From Clostridiaceae bacterium (GTDB lineage: Bacteria > Bacillota > Clostridia > Saccharofermentanales > DTU023), in the NCBI GenBank assembly GCA_012838135.1, contig DUPV01000032.1, positions 12,591 through 76,590 on the forward strand: DNA of 64,000 nt. The letters run 5' to 3'. Of the stretch, positions 28,679-39,229 are shown piece after piece (position 1 is the first letter of the stretch; each line of letters begins with the position of its first letter). A program made the translations under genes and the position numbers. Below the pieces are notes generated by a model that was given only the letters and a program-made list of their open reading frames with translations, searched no databases and had not been told where the DNA came from.

Positions 28679-29869
28679 ATGCACTATTTAATCTATGCAG
28701 ACAAATTTTATTTTGAAAAAGAGATTGCGGAAAAAGGCTATTTAGAAATTGTTGACGGAGTTATTGGAAATTTCTACCAAACTTTACCCGATAATATGGA
28801 TTGGGAAATTCGTGATTTTTCAAATTTCTCTATTGCACCCGGCTTAATTGATACTCACATCCACGGTTTCATGAATTATGATTTTATGGATTTAGATGGA
28901 GAGGGTGTTCTGGAAATATCTAACAAACTGCCAAGTACCGGCGTAACATCTTTCTTGCCGACTTTATTGACAGATTCTGCTGATAATATTGAAACGGCAT
29001 GTCGCATTCTTGCAGATAATGCTGCTTTGGCATCCGGAGCAAAGATCCAGGGTATTTATCTGGAAGGTCCGTTCTTCACGCAAAAATATAAAGGTGCTCA
29101 AAACCCCAAGTATTTTTTAGATCCTGATTTAGTAATTTTTAATCAATGGCAAAATGCAGCAAACGGTTTAATTAAAAAAATCGCAATAGCTCCGGAGAAA
29201 AAAGGTGCAATTAATTTCATTAAAGCACTTAAAAAGCAGGGAATAGTTGTAGCTCTGGGGCATAGTGATGCAAGTTATGATCAGGCAGTTGCTGCAGTTG
29301 AAGCAGGAGCCGAAGTTTTTGTTCACTTATACAATGGAATGAGCGGTTTACATCATAGAAATCCCGGCATGGTCGGAGCTTGTTTTAATACGGATGATTC
29401 GATTGCCGAACTGATTTGTGACGGCTATCATGTCCATCCGGGAGCTGTAAAAACAGCGATTAATATAAAAACAACGGATAGAGTTGCCTTGATTACCGAT
29501 AGTATACGGACAAACGGTATGCCGGAAGGCGAATATACTTTAGGTGAATTTTCCGTAATATATAAAGACGGTACAGTTCGCTTAACCGATAGTTCGAATA
29601 GTCTGGCTGGTTCATGTCTCAAATTAATCGATGCGGTTAATAATGTTATTGACTGGGGAATCGTAACTCCGCAAGAAGCGATTAAAATGGCAACCCTGAT
29701 TCCGGCAGAAAGTGCCGGCATTGCTGACATTTGCGGCAAAATCAGCAAAGGATATCCCGCTGATTTTATTGTGTTGGATCAGAACATGAAATTGCAAGAA
29801 ACCTATCTCAATGGTATTCGTGTATATCAATGTAATTCTTTGATTGAAGGAGATTCTCAAAATAAATAA
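28679..29869 (+). CDS. nagA: N-acetylglucosamine-6-phosphate deacetylase
   Basis: Metal ligands in GLIDTHIHGF, plus HLYNGMSGLHHR and a later DGYH. The homologous N-terminus begins at MHYLIYADKFYF (ATG 28679). The start is uncertain; TTG 28622 is the alternative. Confidence 0.85.
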   Translation: MHYLIYADKFYFEKEIAEKGYLEIVDGVIGNFYQTLPDNMDWEIRDFSNFSIAPGLIDTHIHGFMNYDFMDLDGEGVLEISNKLPSTGVTSFLPTLLTDSADNIETACRILADNAALASGAKIQGIYLEGPFFTQKYKGAQNPKYFLDPDLVIFNQWQNAANGLIKKIAIAPEKKGAINFIKALKKQGIVVALGHSDASYDQAVAAVEAGAEVFVHLYNGMSGLHHRNPGMVGACFNTDDSIAELICDGYHVHPGAVKTAINIKTTDRVALITDSIRTNGMPEGEYTLGEFSVIYKDGTVRLTDSSNSLAGSCLKLIDAVNNVIDWGIVTPQEAIKMATLIPAESAGIADICGKISKGYPADFIVLDQNMKLQETYLNGIRVYQCNSLIEGDSQNK

Positions 29870-30074
29870 ACAAATTAAAAATTGAGAATATGCCCAATTT
29901 TATGATGTAATGAAACAATGATTTGTAATATGTAATAATTTTTTAATATTATGAATATTACTGATGCATAAGATTTGCTATAATTTTATATTATTAAAAA
30001 TATTCGATTTGGTAAAATAAATCACTATAAGACATTTATTTTAACCGACGGAATCATTACCATGGAGGATCAAA

Positions 30075-30803
30075 ATGATTACTATCAAGATATTTGAAAG
30101 TTACGATGAAATGAGTGCTTATGCAGCAGAAATCGTAAAAGAAGTTATAAACTCAACGGAAAAACCGGTTATCGGTTTAGCTACCGGTACGTCACCGATC
30201 GGTTTGTATGAAAAACTGATTGAAATGTATAAAAACAATCAAGTGGATTTCAGTCAGGTGACTTCAATAAACTTGGATGAATATGTCGGATTGGCGGATG
30301 ATCATCCGCAAAGTTATCATTATTTTATGAATGAATATCTTTTTAAACACATTAATATTAATAGAGAAAACATTTTTGTACCAAATGGGATAGCTGATGA
30401 TATGGAACAAGAATGTAAAGATTATGATCAAAGATTAAGAGATTTAGGCTATGCAGATATTCAAATTTTAGGAATTGGAGCTAACGGTCATATTGGTTTT
30501 AATGAACCTAATGTAAAAATGAATACCAATACAAATATTTCAGATTTAACCGCTGAGACGATTAAATCTAATTCGCGTTTCTTTGATTCTATAGATGAAG
30601 TACCCAAACAAGGCATTACACTTGGCTTGGAAGGCATTTTTAAAGCCAAGAAAATTGTTTTGATAGCAAACGGCTTTAGCAAAGCAGAAGTATGTAAATC
30701 TTTTGCTGATGAATATGTCACTACTCAAGTACCGGCTTCCTTATTAAAATTACATAAGGATATCGTTGTTTGTCTGGACAAAGAAGCAGCAAGTCTTCTC
30801 TGA
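30075..30803 (+). CDS. nagB: Glucosamine-6-phosphate deaminase
   Basis: GLATGTSP and GIGANGHIGFNEP motifs. 242 aa. GGAGG RBS is present. Confidence 0.93.
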   Translation: MITIKIFESYDEMSAYAAEIVKEVINSTEKPVIGLATGTSPIGLYEKLIEMYKNNQVDFSQVTSINLDEYVGLADDHPQSYHYFMNEYLFKHININRENIFVPNGIADDMEQECKDYDQRLRDLGYADIQILGIGANGHIGFNEPNVKMNTNTNISDLTAETIKSNSRFFDSIDEVPKQGITLGLEGIFKAKKIVLIANGFSKAEVCKSFADEYVTTQVPASLLKLHKDIVVCLDKEAASLL

Positions 30804-31024
30804 TTATTAAACAACAAGGTAAGTCAATAATTAAGTTGAAGTTTCATCATTAAAACTGATACAAAAAATCTTGTTTATTTTATTAAGCAATGAAATAGAT
30901 TCTTAAGCATTCTGATAACCATTTTTCGGTAAATACACTTCAAGGCGATTTCATTGCTTAAAAAATATTAGCAAAAGCTGTTTTGTTGTTACTTTTGAAT
31001 TGTAATTTAAAAAGTTTGTATGGG

Positions 31025-31053
31025 TTGACAATATGCAATTTGGTCGGTATTAT
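31025..31053 (+). promoter_or_regulatory. Sigma-A promoter of the infC-rpmI-rplT operon
   Basis: Consensus TTGACA (31025-31030), an exact 17-nt spacer, then TATTAT (31048-31053). Confidence 0.6.
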
Positions 31054-31224
31054 TAGTCAATGTAATAAAAAGAAGATTCCATCTCACCTTGAGCACTTTG
31101 CGAAAAGGTTAATACAGAATATAAAACTTTTATAGTTTTTATGTGTTTAGAGAGCGGAATCATTCCGCTTTTTTTATGTGATAATAATATGCAAAAAAGG
31201 AGAGTATTGATTAGGAGGTGTCTT
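31054..31224 (+). promoter_or_regulatory. infC leader with an attenuator; position and architecture fit the L20-responsive leader of Firmicutes
   Basis: A ~170-nt untranslated leader lies between the promoter and infC. It contains an intrinsic terminator (31151-31176) upstream of the infC RBS. The family call rests on context; I did not verify the L20-binding fold. Confidence 0.45.
31151..31176 (+). terminator. Leader (attenuator) terminator upstream of infC
   Basis: Stem AGCGGA / TCCGCT (31153-31158 / 31064-region counterpart at 31164-31169), loop atcat, followed by T7 (31169-31175). Confidence 0.6.
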
Positions 31225-31758
31225 ATCGCTAGATCAAACAAACATAACCACACAATTAATGAAAATATTCGTGTGGATAATGTACGCTTAATTGATGAAC
31301 AAGGGAATCAAATAGGGATTGTCAGTACAGATGAAGCATTGGATTTGGCATATGCTAAAGATCTGGATTTAGTCTTGATATCGGATAATCCGGCAAACCC
31401 TGTTGCGAGAATGATGGATTACGGAAAATTCGTCTACGAGCAATCAAAACGCGAACGTGAAGCAAGAAAAAATCAACAAACGACCAGCCTGAAAGAAGTA
31501 CAACTAAAACTGACGACTGAAGAACATGATACTAATGTAAAGGTTCGGGCAGCTCAACGTTTTTTAGACAATGGTGATCGGGTTAAAGTAGTTATCCGTT
31601 TTCGAGGTCGGGAAATGGCTTTCCAAAATCAGGGATATGATGTAATGGAAGACTTTATTGAAAAGGTCGGAGACGTTTGTCAAGTTGACCGCGAGCCGCG
31701 TCTTGAAGGAAGGCATATGGTAATGTATCTCACGCCGAGAAATGAAAGCAGCAAATAA
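31225..31758 (+). CDS. infC: Translation initiation factor IF-3, non-canonical ATC start
   Basis: Homology starts near INENIRVDNVRLIDEQGNQIGIV. AGGAGG (31213-31218) is followed 6 nt later by an in-frame ATC (31225). No ATG, GTG or TTG is suitably placed. IF-3 genes classically use AUU-type starts. Confidence 0.85.
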   Translation: MARSNKHNHTINENIRVDNVRLIDEQGNQIGIVSTDEALDLAYAKDLDLVLISDNPANPVARMMDYGKFVYEQSKREREARKNQQTTSLKEVQLKLTTEEHDTNVKVRAAQRFLDNGDRVKVVIRFRGREMAFQNQGYDVMEDFIEKVGDVCQVDREPRLEGRHMVMYLTPRNESSK

Positions 31759-31828
31759 ATTTGAATTCTACTTCTATAGAGTTTAAATATAATTATAAAC
31801 AATTGATATTGAAGACAAGGGGGTCTAT

Positions 31829-32026
31829 ATGGCAAAACAAAAAACACATAGTTCTTCAAAAAAGAGATTTAAAGTTACGGGTACCGGCAAGGTAAAACGT
31901 TCACAAGCTTATAAAAAACATATTCTGAACAAGAAGACAACAAAGCGCAAACGTAAATTGCGTCAAATAATTGTAGCCAGTGAGCCGGATACAAAACGAA
32001 TCAGACGTCTTATTCCGTACAAATAA
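31829..32026 (+). CDS. rpmI: 50S ribosomal protein L35
   Basis: 65 aa, very basic (MAKQKTHSSSKKRFKVTGTGKVKR). It lies in the conserved infC-rpmI-rplT order. Confidence 0.95.
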   Translation: MAKQKTHSSSKKRFKVTGTGKVKRSQAYKKHILNKKTTKRKRKLRQIIVASEPDTKRIRRLIPYK

Positions 32027-32044
32027 TTAAGCTGGAGGTAACCT

Positions 32045-32398
32045 ATGGCAAGAGCAAAAAGAGGCGTAAAAACAAGAAGACGCCATAAAAAAGTACTAAA
32101 ACAAGCAAAGGGCTATTTTGGACGTAAGAGTAAATTATTCCGTGTAGCGCATCAACAAGTGATGAAGTCGGGCGTTTATGCATATAGAGATCGCCGAGCA
32201 AAAAAACGTGATTTCAGAAAACTCTGGATTAGTAGAATCAATGCAGCTGCCAGATTAAATGATATTTCCTATAGCCGTTTAATGCATGGTTTAAAATTAT
32301 CGAACATTCAATTAGATAGAAAAATTTTGGCCGATATGGCTGTTAATGATCAAGCTGCTTTTGCGGTCATCTGTGAAACTGCAAAAAAAGCTTTATAA
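32045..32398 (+). CDS. rplT: 50S ribosomal protein L20
   Basis: 117 aa, starting [26 protein letters not shown], the typical L20 N-terminus. Confidence 0.95.
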   Translation: MARAKRGVKTRRRHKKVLKQAKGYFGRKSKLFRVAHQQVMKSGVYAYRDRRAKKRDFRKLWISRINAAARLNDISYSRLMHGLKLSNIQLDRKILADMAVNDQAAFAVICETAKKAL

Positions 32399-32478
32399 AG
32401 GCATACTGCCAAAACTTAAAAAAGTCAAAACGTGTATTCTGTTAAAAATTCAGAGTGTTTTGAAAATATATATGAAAA

Positions 32479-32513
32479 AAAGGGACTGTTTTAAAAAAAG
32501 CACTCCCTTTTTT
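32479..32513 (+). terminator. Rho-independent terminator after rplT
   Basis: aaagggactg (32479-32488) pairs with cactcccttt (32501-32510) with one mismatch. The loop is A/T-rich and the T-run runs to 32513. Confidence 0.6.
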
Positions 32514-32672
32514 CGTACTATCACAAAATCGGAGTTATGCAAATCGGAATTTACAGAACTCGAAATACAGATAAATTCATTTTGCTATAAGTTTATTAAA
32601 AGCTCTTGGAAAAAACGAGAATCTGTATCATATTGTCTTTTAATTCTTATAAAATACGAATATACTTAAAAC

Positions 32673-33536
32673 ATGGATGAATTAATATTTGAAAGATTAA
32701 CTTTAATCAGTGCTCGGCAAAATTCGCGTTTTAAAAATTGGAATAGATTAAATACAGCTCAAGGGGTAAAAAAACAAGGACTTTTAATTATTGAAGGTCT
32801 GAGAGCTTGCCTTACTGCTATTGAATACCAAGCAAAAATTGAGGCAATTCTTTTCACCGATGATAGTATGGGTGAGTATATCTTTACTAAAACAAAAGAT
32901 TGGATTATTCAACAAAAATTTAGTTTTAATCAAATTTTCCGTTTAGCTCCTGATTTGTTCGCTTCCGTGGCAGATGCCCAAAATCCTCAAGGCATTATTT
33001 TTATTATAAAAAAACCTGATTTACAAGGTTTGGCAAATTGGTTAAGCCGAAAGGCAACAAATAATCAGGCAAAAGGCAAACAGATTAAATTAGCTTTGTT
33101 TGATCAATTGGCTGATCCGGGCAATGTCGGAACGATGATCAGAACAGCACATGCATTTAATTTCTCAGGCATCATTTTGAGTGAAGGAACGGTTGATCCA
33201 TTTAATCCTAAATTGATGCGATCTACGATGGGGTCGTTATTTGCTTTAGATTTAATCAGTTTGAATTCTTATGTTGAACTGGCCAATTTGGCAAAACAAT
33301 ATCAGTTGCAATTATTAATATCCGACCTTAACGGTGAACCATTGTCTGGATTTAAACTCGATAAAGCCGCGGCAGGTTTTATTCTGGTAATCGGCAATGA
33401 AGCTCATGGTACAAATGAAGCACTTAAGCAGATTGCCGATCACTATTTAACAATACCGATGCCGGGCAATGCGGAATCTCTGAATGCGGCGATTGCATTC
33501 GGAATTTTGGCTTATCATTTAAATCAAAGCCATTAA
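32673..33536 (+). CDS. TrmH/SpoU family RNA 2'-O-methyltransferase
   Basis: SPOUT motifs LVIGNEAHG and IPMPGNAESLNAAIAFGILAY, plus an N-terminal substrate-binding-like domain. Confidence 0.85.
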   Translation: MDELIFERLTLISARQNSRFKNWNRLNTAQGVKKQGLLIIEGLRACLTAIEYQAKIEAILFTDDSMGEYIFTKTKDWIIQQKFSFNQIFRLAPDLFASVADAQNPQGIIFIIKKPDLQGLANWLSRKATNNQAKGKQIKLALFDQLADPGNVGTMIRTAHAFNFSGIILSEGTVDPFNPKLMRSTMGSLFALDLISLNSYVELANLAKQYQLQLLISDLNGEPLSGFKLDKAAAGFILVIGNEAHGTNEALKQIADHYLTIPMPGNAESLNAAIAFGILAYHLNQSH

Positions 33537-33628
33537 AAATAGTAATCGAGAGTAGCGTAAGTCCAAACAGATTAGGGCTTATTGTTTAAATCAAAGTTAT
33601 TAAAAAAGGGAAAATTGAATTAATAATA

Positions 33629-36550
33629 ATGGATGATAATTCTATTACAGAGAAATATTTGAATTATAATAAAGATGATATAGCAATTTATGGTGCACGT
33701 GCCCATAATTTGAAAAACATTTCGTTGAAAATACCGCGTAATAAATTGACTGTTATTACAGGCTTGTCAGGCAGTGGCAAGTCTTCTCTGGCTTTTGATA
33801 CAATTTATGCTGAAGGCCAAAGGCGCTATGTTGAATCCTTATCTTCGTATGCCAGACAATTTTTGGGACAAATGGAAAAACCTGATGTTGATCGTATAGA
33901 AGGTTTGTCACCGGCAATTGCAATTGATCAAAAATCAACTTCAAATAATCCGCGTTCCACGGTCGGAACTGTTACGGAAATTTACGATTATTTAAGATTG
34001 CTCTATGCCAGAGCAGGTACGGTTCACTGTCCGCAATGTGGCCGAGTAATTGAACAACAGACGATTGATCAGATGATTGATCAAATTATGCAATATCCGG
34101 TAAAAACCAAGATGATCCTCTATGCACCGATTGTACGCGAGCGTAAAGGAGAATTCAAAAATCAATTTGTTCATTTTCGTAAAGAAGGTTATGCGCGAAT
34201 CAGGGTAGACGGTGAAATTCTATACTTAGATGATTTGCCGGAAGATTATAAATTAGAAAAAAACAAAAAACATAGCATTGAAGTTGTCGTAGACCGTTTG
34301 GTGATGCGCGAGGGAATTGAAAGTCGCTTAGCCGATTCTTTGGAAACATGTCTTAATTTAAGTAACGGTTTAGCTTTAATTAATGTTTTACAAACTGATT
34401 CCGAACAGGATTTGTCGGATTGGCATTTATATTCTCAACATTTCAGCTGTCCGGATTGTGATATAAGTATCAGTGAAATTTCACCCAGATCTTTTTCTTT
34501 TAATAATCCGATTGGAGCCTGCTCAGGTTGCGACGGTCTGGGTGAATTGGCGGAAATTGATCCGAAATTGGTGATTCATGACCCGACACTTTCTTTAAAT
34601 GACGGAGCAATCCAAGCAATCGGCTGGAAGTTTTCTGATCGCAAAAGTTGGGCGCGTGGTTTTATTGAAGCTTTGGCAAAACGCTATAATTTTTCTTTGG
34701 ATATGCCATGGCAGGATTTGCCGCAAACAATTCGAGATATTGTTCTGTATGGTAATGATGGAGAAATTTTATCGATAGATACCAGTAACAGCAAATTTAA
34801 CCGAGGAGCAGAGTATAAACGTGATTGGATCGGAGTTATTCCGAGTATGACTAAAAGGTATAAAGAATCATCAGGTGATACTCAAGAATACTATGAACGC
34901 TATGTTTCGGTTACACCTTGTCCGATCTGTCATGGTGCGCGTCTGAATCAGGAAAGTCTTTCAGTCAGAATTGGTGGTCTGAATATTTATGAATTGACGC
35001 TTTTGCCAATCACGGAAAGTAAACATTTTTTAGATAACATTCAACTTGATTCCTATAAAAATCAAATTGCGACACCAATTTTGCGCGAATTGTCCGGTCG
35101 CTTACAATTTCTATTGGAAGTAGGTTTGGATTACTTGACTTTAGCCAGAGCTTCGGCCAGTTTATCCGGCGGCGAAGCCCAACGCATTCGCTTAGCCACG
35201 CAAATCGGTTCAGGTCTGACCGGAGTACTTTATGTTCTGGATGAGCCCAGTATCGGATTGCATCAAAGAGATAATTCGCGTTTGCTCAATACGTTAAAAA
35301 ATTTACGTGATTTAGGTAATACCGTAATTGTAGTAGAACATGATGAAGAAACAATTTGGGAAGCTGACAATGTTGTCGATATCGGCCCTGGTGCCGGTGT
35401 GCATGGCGGAGAAGTTGTTGCTGTGGGCAGGCCGGAAGATATTTTGGCAAATCCGAAATCAATTACCGGTCAATATTTGTCAGGTGTTAAAAGAATTCCC
35501 ATCCCGGAAAAACGTCGGCAATCAAATGGACATTCCTTACAGCTTACAGGTTGTCATCAAAATAATTTAAAATATATTGATGTAAATATTCCCTTAGGAA
35601 TTTTTGTATGCGTTACCGGAGTTTCCGGTTCCGGAAAAAGTTCCTTGATTAACGGAATTCTTCTGAAAAAAATGGCGGAAGTTTTAAATGGAGCACGTAA
35701 ATTTAGCGGTCCGTTCAAATCAATTCAAGGTTTGGAATATTTAGATAAGGTTATAGCGATTGACCAATCACCGATCGGCAGAACTCCGCGTTCCAATCCG
35801 GCAACCTATACAGGTGTTTTCACTGAGATTCGTGACCTGTTTGCTGAAACTAAAACTGCTAAAGCCAGAGGGTATAAGAAAGGTCGTTTCAGTTTTAATG
35901 TTAAAGGTGGTCGTTGTGAAGCTTGCAAGGGTGATGGAGTAAATAAAATTGAAATGCATTTTTTGCCGGATATATATGTAACTTGTGAAGTATGTAAGGG
36001 GAAGCGCTATAATCGGGAAACTTTGGAAGTTAAATATAAGGATAAGAATATTGCCGACATTTTAGATATGACGGTGGAAGATGCGTACCATTTTTTCGCA
36101 AATATACCGAAAATTGTCAATAAACTTCAAACCATGATGGATGTCGGTTTAGGCTATATCAAACTTGGTCAGCCTTCGACTCAATTGTCTGGCGGTGAGG
36201 CTCAAAGGGTTAAATTGGCAACCGAGCTTTCCAGAACAAGTACCGGTAAAACTTTCTATATCTTAGACGAGCCGACTACCGGATTGCATAGTGCCGATGT
36301 TCATCGTTTAGTCAATATCCTGCAAAGGTTGACTGAAAAGGGTAATAGTGTTTTAGTTATAGAACATAACTTGGATGTAATTAAAACAGCAGACTATATT
36401 ATTGATCTGGGGCCTGAAGGGGGAGATGGCGGTGGTAAAATCGTAGCACAAGGTACACCGGAAGAAATAGCAGAAATTTCCGGCTCTTATACGGGAAAAT
36501 ACTTACAACAGATTTTACAACGGGAATATCCTGAATTTTCGGAATATTGA
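33629..36550 (+). CDS. uvrA: Excinuclease ABC subunit A
   Basis: Two ABC modules ([14 protein letters not shown] and [13 protein letters not shown]; LSGGEAQR twice) and CxxC zinc modules. 973 aa. Confidence 0.97.
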   Translation: MDDNSITEKYLNYNKDDIAIYGARAHNLKNISLKIPRNKLTVITGLSGSGKSSLAFDTIYAEGQRRYVESLSSYARQFLGQMEKPDVDRIEGLSPAIAIDQKSTSNNPRSTVGTVTEIYDYLRLLYARAGTVHCPQCGRVIEQQTIDQMIDQIMQYPVKTKMILYAPIVRERKGEFKNQFVHFRKEGYARIRVDGEILYLDDLPEDYKLEKNKKHSIEVVVDRLVMREGIESRLADSLETCLNLSNGLALINVLQTDSEQDLSDWHLYSQHFSCPDCDISISEISPRSFSFNNPIGACSGCDGLGELAEIDPKLVIHDPTLSLNDGAIQAIGWKFSDRKSWARGFIEALAKRYNFSLDMPWQDLPQTIRDIVLYGNDGEILSIDTSNSKFNRGAEYKRDWIGVIPSMTKRYKESSGDTQEYYERYVSVTPCPICHGARLNQESLSVRIGGLNIYELTLLPITESKHFLDNIQLDSYKNQIATPILRELSGRLQFLLEVGLDYLTLARASASLSGGEAQRIRLATQIGSGLTGVLYVLDEPSIGLHQRDNSRLLNTLKNLRDLGNTVIVVEHDEETIWEADNVVDIGPGAGVHGGEVVAVGRPEDILANPKSITGQYLSGVKRIPIPEKRRQSNGHSLQLTGCHQNNLKYIDVNIPLGIFVCVTGVSGSGKSSLINGILLKKMAEVLNGARKFSGPFKSIQGLEYLDKVIAIDQSPIGRTPRSNPATYTGVFTEIRDLFAETKTAKARGYKKGRFSFNVKGGRCEACKGDGVNKIEMHFLPDIYVTCEVCKGKRYNRETLEVKYKDKNIADILDMTVEDAYHFFANIPKIVNKLQTMMDVGLGYIKLGQPSTQLSGGEAQRVKLATELSRTSTGKTFYILDEPTTGLHSADVHRLVNILQRLTEKGNSVLVIEHNLDVIKTADYIIDLGPEGGDGGGKIVAQGTPEEIAEISGSYTGKYLQQILQREYPEFSEY

Positions 36551-36579
36551 TTGACCTGATTGCTTTATAAAAGTAAAAT
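36551..36579 (+). promoter_or_regulatory. Sigma-A promoter candidate for the clpE-like gene
   Basis: TTGACC (36551-36556), a 17-nt spacer, then TAAAAT (36574-36579), immediately after the uvrA stop. Confidence 0.55.
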
Positions 36580-36689
36580 GTACAATCGAAAAAATTAAAT
36601 AATTATCGTATACTAATATAGATGATACATAGATATGGAAGACGAAGAGATAGATTTTAGTTTTTAATAGATAGGAATGCAGAAACAAG

Positions 36690-39188
36690 ATGTCCATATG
36701 CCAAATATGCAAAAAAAATACAGCAGTGATTTATACCACACGTATTGAAAACAATGAAACCGTTAGTGAGGGTATTTGTTTAAAGTGTGCTTTTGATATG
36801 AATATCGGAGGACTTGAACCACTGTTTAAGAAATCCGGCATCAATGAAGAGAACATTGATCAAATTCAGAATAGAATGAATTCCGTGTTGGAACAGATGG
36901 GTGATACCAATCCGTTTGAAATGTTCAAATCATTTATGGATTCAGATGCAAGCAATGAATTCAGTTTTATGTTAGAAGGATTGAATTTTGATGATCTAAA
37001 TGATTTTGATATTGATGATTCCGATGATCGTGAAGATTCTGAAAACTTGGAAGTTGATATCGAAAATCAGAGTAAGACAGACTCAGACAATAAATCCAGC
37101 AGTTTAATGGCAGCTACAATTGACAGCAGTATCGGAGCTGATCAAGAGGGGACAGGCGCCGACTCCCAAAGCTCGAATTCACGCAATACCAGACGCAGAA
37201 CAAGACGCAATAAATTTCTTGATCAATTCGGCACAAATCTTACTGAAAAAGCTAAACATGGTGAAATTGACAGGATTATAGGTCGTGATGAAGAATTAAA
37301 TCGTGTTATTCAAATTTTGAATCGAAGAACCAAAAATAATCCGGCTCTGATCGGAGAACCGGGTGTCGGCAAGACAGCAATAGCTGAAGGATTAGCAGTG
37401 AAAATAATCAGCAAAGAAGTCCCGGCTAAATTACTGGACAAACAGGTTTATCAACTGGATATGACGACGATGGTAGCCGGCACACAATTCAGAGGTCAAT
37501 TTGAAAGTCGGATGAAAGGTGTAGTGGAAGATGCTAAAAAAGACGGTAATGTAATTTTGGTGATTGATGAACTGCATAATATTATGGGGGCAGGAGATGC
37601 TGAAGGGGCAATGAATGCAGCCAATATACTAAAACCTGCCTTGGCTAAAGGTGACGTTTCTGTAATCGGTTCAACTACTTTGGATGAATATCGCAGATTT
37701 ATTGAAAAAGATTCAGCCTTGGAAAGACGTTTTCAAAAGGTGATTATTGATGAGCCTACTCAGGCGGAAGCAATAGAAATTCTGAATGGAGTTCGGGATT
37801 ATTATGAAAAACATCATTTTGTAACCTATACAGGAGCTGCGATCAGAGCAGCGGTACAATTATCTGCCCGCTATATTCACGAAAGATATTTGCCTGATAA
37901 AGCAATAGATGTTATTGATGAAGCCGGTTCCAGAGTTAATTTGGATAATGATTTATTAGTCGAACAAAAGGAATTGCAAGATCGTTTAGCGGAATTAAAT
38001 GATGCTGTTGCAACTTCTTATGAACAATTAATTGAAACTTCGGATGAAGAAAAATCTTTGGAACTCTATGAAAAAGATGCTGAATTAAGGTCTGAACAAT
38101 TGAAAGTTAATCGCAGATTAAAAGAAGTAACTGAATTGTTAAAACCCGTACAAATCGGTGTCAATGAAATTGCTGAAGTTGTTGAAATGTGGACAGGAAT
38201 TCCGGTTCAGCAAATCACTGAAGCTGAAACAGAAAAACTGTTGCATTTGGAAGAACGTCTTCATGAACGGATTATCGGACAAGAAGATGCCGTAAATGCA
38301 GTCTCACGGGCAATCCGCCGCAAAAGAGCCGGCTTCGGTTCAGTCAACAAGCCGCCGTCGTTCTTTTTTGTTGGGCCGACCGGAGTCGGTAAGACTGAAT
38401 TGGTTAAAGCTCTTGCAGAAACCTTGTTTGAAGAAAAAGATTCTTTAGTGCGACTTGATATGTCGGAATTTACCGAACCTCACACCGTGAGCAAATTGAT
38501 CGGGTCTCCGCCGGGATACGTAGGATATGATGACGGGGGGCAATTGACAGAAAAAACCAGGCGTCGACCTTACAGTGTAGTTTTATTTGATGAAATCGAA
38601 AAGGCTCATCCGGATATTTATAATATACTATTACAGATATTAGATGATGGACGTTTAACTGACAGTCAAGGCAGAGTGATTAATTTTGAAAATACGGTAA
38701 TTATTATGACATCAAATGCCGGTACTACGCTGAAAGCACATAGTATCGGATTCGGTGATGACGGTCATGTAGCTATGGAGAGCCGCGTTCAGACAGCAAT
38801 GCAAGAGATTTTCCGACCGGAATTTCTGAATAGAATAGATGAAATTGTCATTTTCAAAGAATTAACTAAAACGGAAATTCGGCAGATAGTCGATTTAATG
38901 TTGAAAGAAGTAGAGGCGGATGTCAAAGGACACAGTATGGTAATAACGGTAACAGATGCTGCTCGGGATGCTTTGGCTAAAGAAGGTTATAATCCTAAAT
39001 ATGGGGCAAGACCTTTAAGAAAAGCGATTCAACGTAAAATAGAAGATCCTTTAGCCGACAAATTATTGGCTGGAGATTTTGATAATACTAAAGAAATAAT
39101 TGTAACTTGGGACGCGGAGCAACAGTTTATAATTTCGGCAAATTCAGGAAGCAACACCGAGAATTCCGGAGATGATTCTGAGAATTAA
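36690..39188 (+). CDS. clpE: ATP-dependent Clp protease ATP-binding subunit, ClpE-like (N-terminal zinc ribbon)
   Basis: N-terminal CxxC-22-CxxC (MSICQICKK...GICLKCA) replaces Clp_N repeats. Two AAA+ modules are present ([16 protein letters not shown]), together with the ClpP-docking loop HSIGFG. Confidence 0.85.
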   Translation: MSICQICKKNTAVIYTTRIENNETVSEGICLKCAFDMNIGGLEPLFKKSGINEENIDQIQNRMNSVLEQMGDTNPFEMFKSFMDSDASNEFSFMLEGLNFDDLNDFDIDDSDDREDSENLEVDIENQSKTDSDNKSSSLMAATIDSSIGADQEGTGADSQSSNSRNTRRRTRRNKFLDQFGTNLTEKAKHGEIDRIIGRDEELNRVIQILNRRTKNNPALIGEPGVGKTAIAEGLAVKIISKEVPAKLLDKQVYQLDMTTMVAGTQFRGQFESRMKGVVEDAKKDGNVILVIDELHNIMGAGDAEGAMNAANILKPALAKGDVSVIGSTTLDEYRRFIEKDSALERRFQKVIIDEPTQAEAIEILNGVRDYYEKHHFVTYTGAAIRAAVQLSARYIHERYLPDKAIDVIDEAGSRVNLDNDLLVEQKELQDRLAELNDAVATSYEQLIETSDEEKSLELYEKDAELRSEQLKVNRRLKEVTELLKPVQIGVNEIAEVVEMWTGIPVQQITEAETEKLLHLEERLHERIIGQEDAVNAVSRAIRRKRAGFGSVNKPPSFFFVGPTGVGKTELVKALAETLFEEKDSLVRLDMSEFTEPHTVSKLIGSPPGYVGYDDGGQLTEKTRRRPYSVVLFDEIEKAHPDIYNILLQILDDGRLTDSQGRVINFENTVIIMTSNAGTTLKAHSIGFGDDGHVAMESRVQTAMQEIFRPEFLNRIDEIVIFKELTKTEIRQIVDLMLKEVEADVKGHSMVITVTDAARDALAKEGYNPKYGARPLRKAIQRKIEDPLADKLLAGDFDNTKEIIVTWDAEQQFIISANSGSNTENSGDDSEN

Positions 39189-39229
39189 TTTGTCATGCTT
39201 TTATATTTATCAGGTTTTTAGGAGATTAA

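Noticed and set aside
32346-32669. 107-aa ORF overlapping the end of rplT and running through the intergenic region
   Set aside because: It overlaps rplT out of frame and contains the rplT terminator hairpin. It has no RBS and no recognisable family, so it is most likely non-coding.
36545-36570. CtsR operator at the clpE-like promoter
   Set aside because: ATTGACC-TGA-TTGCTTT matches the inverted CtsR heptad consensus (TTTGACY-NTN-TTTGACY) in only one half-site. The second heptad is poor, so the match is too weak to call.
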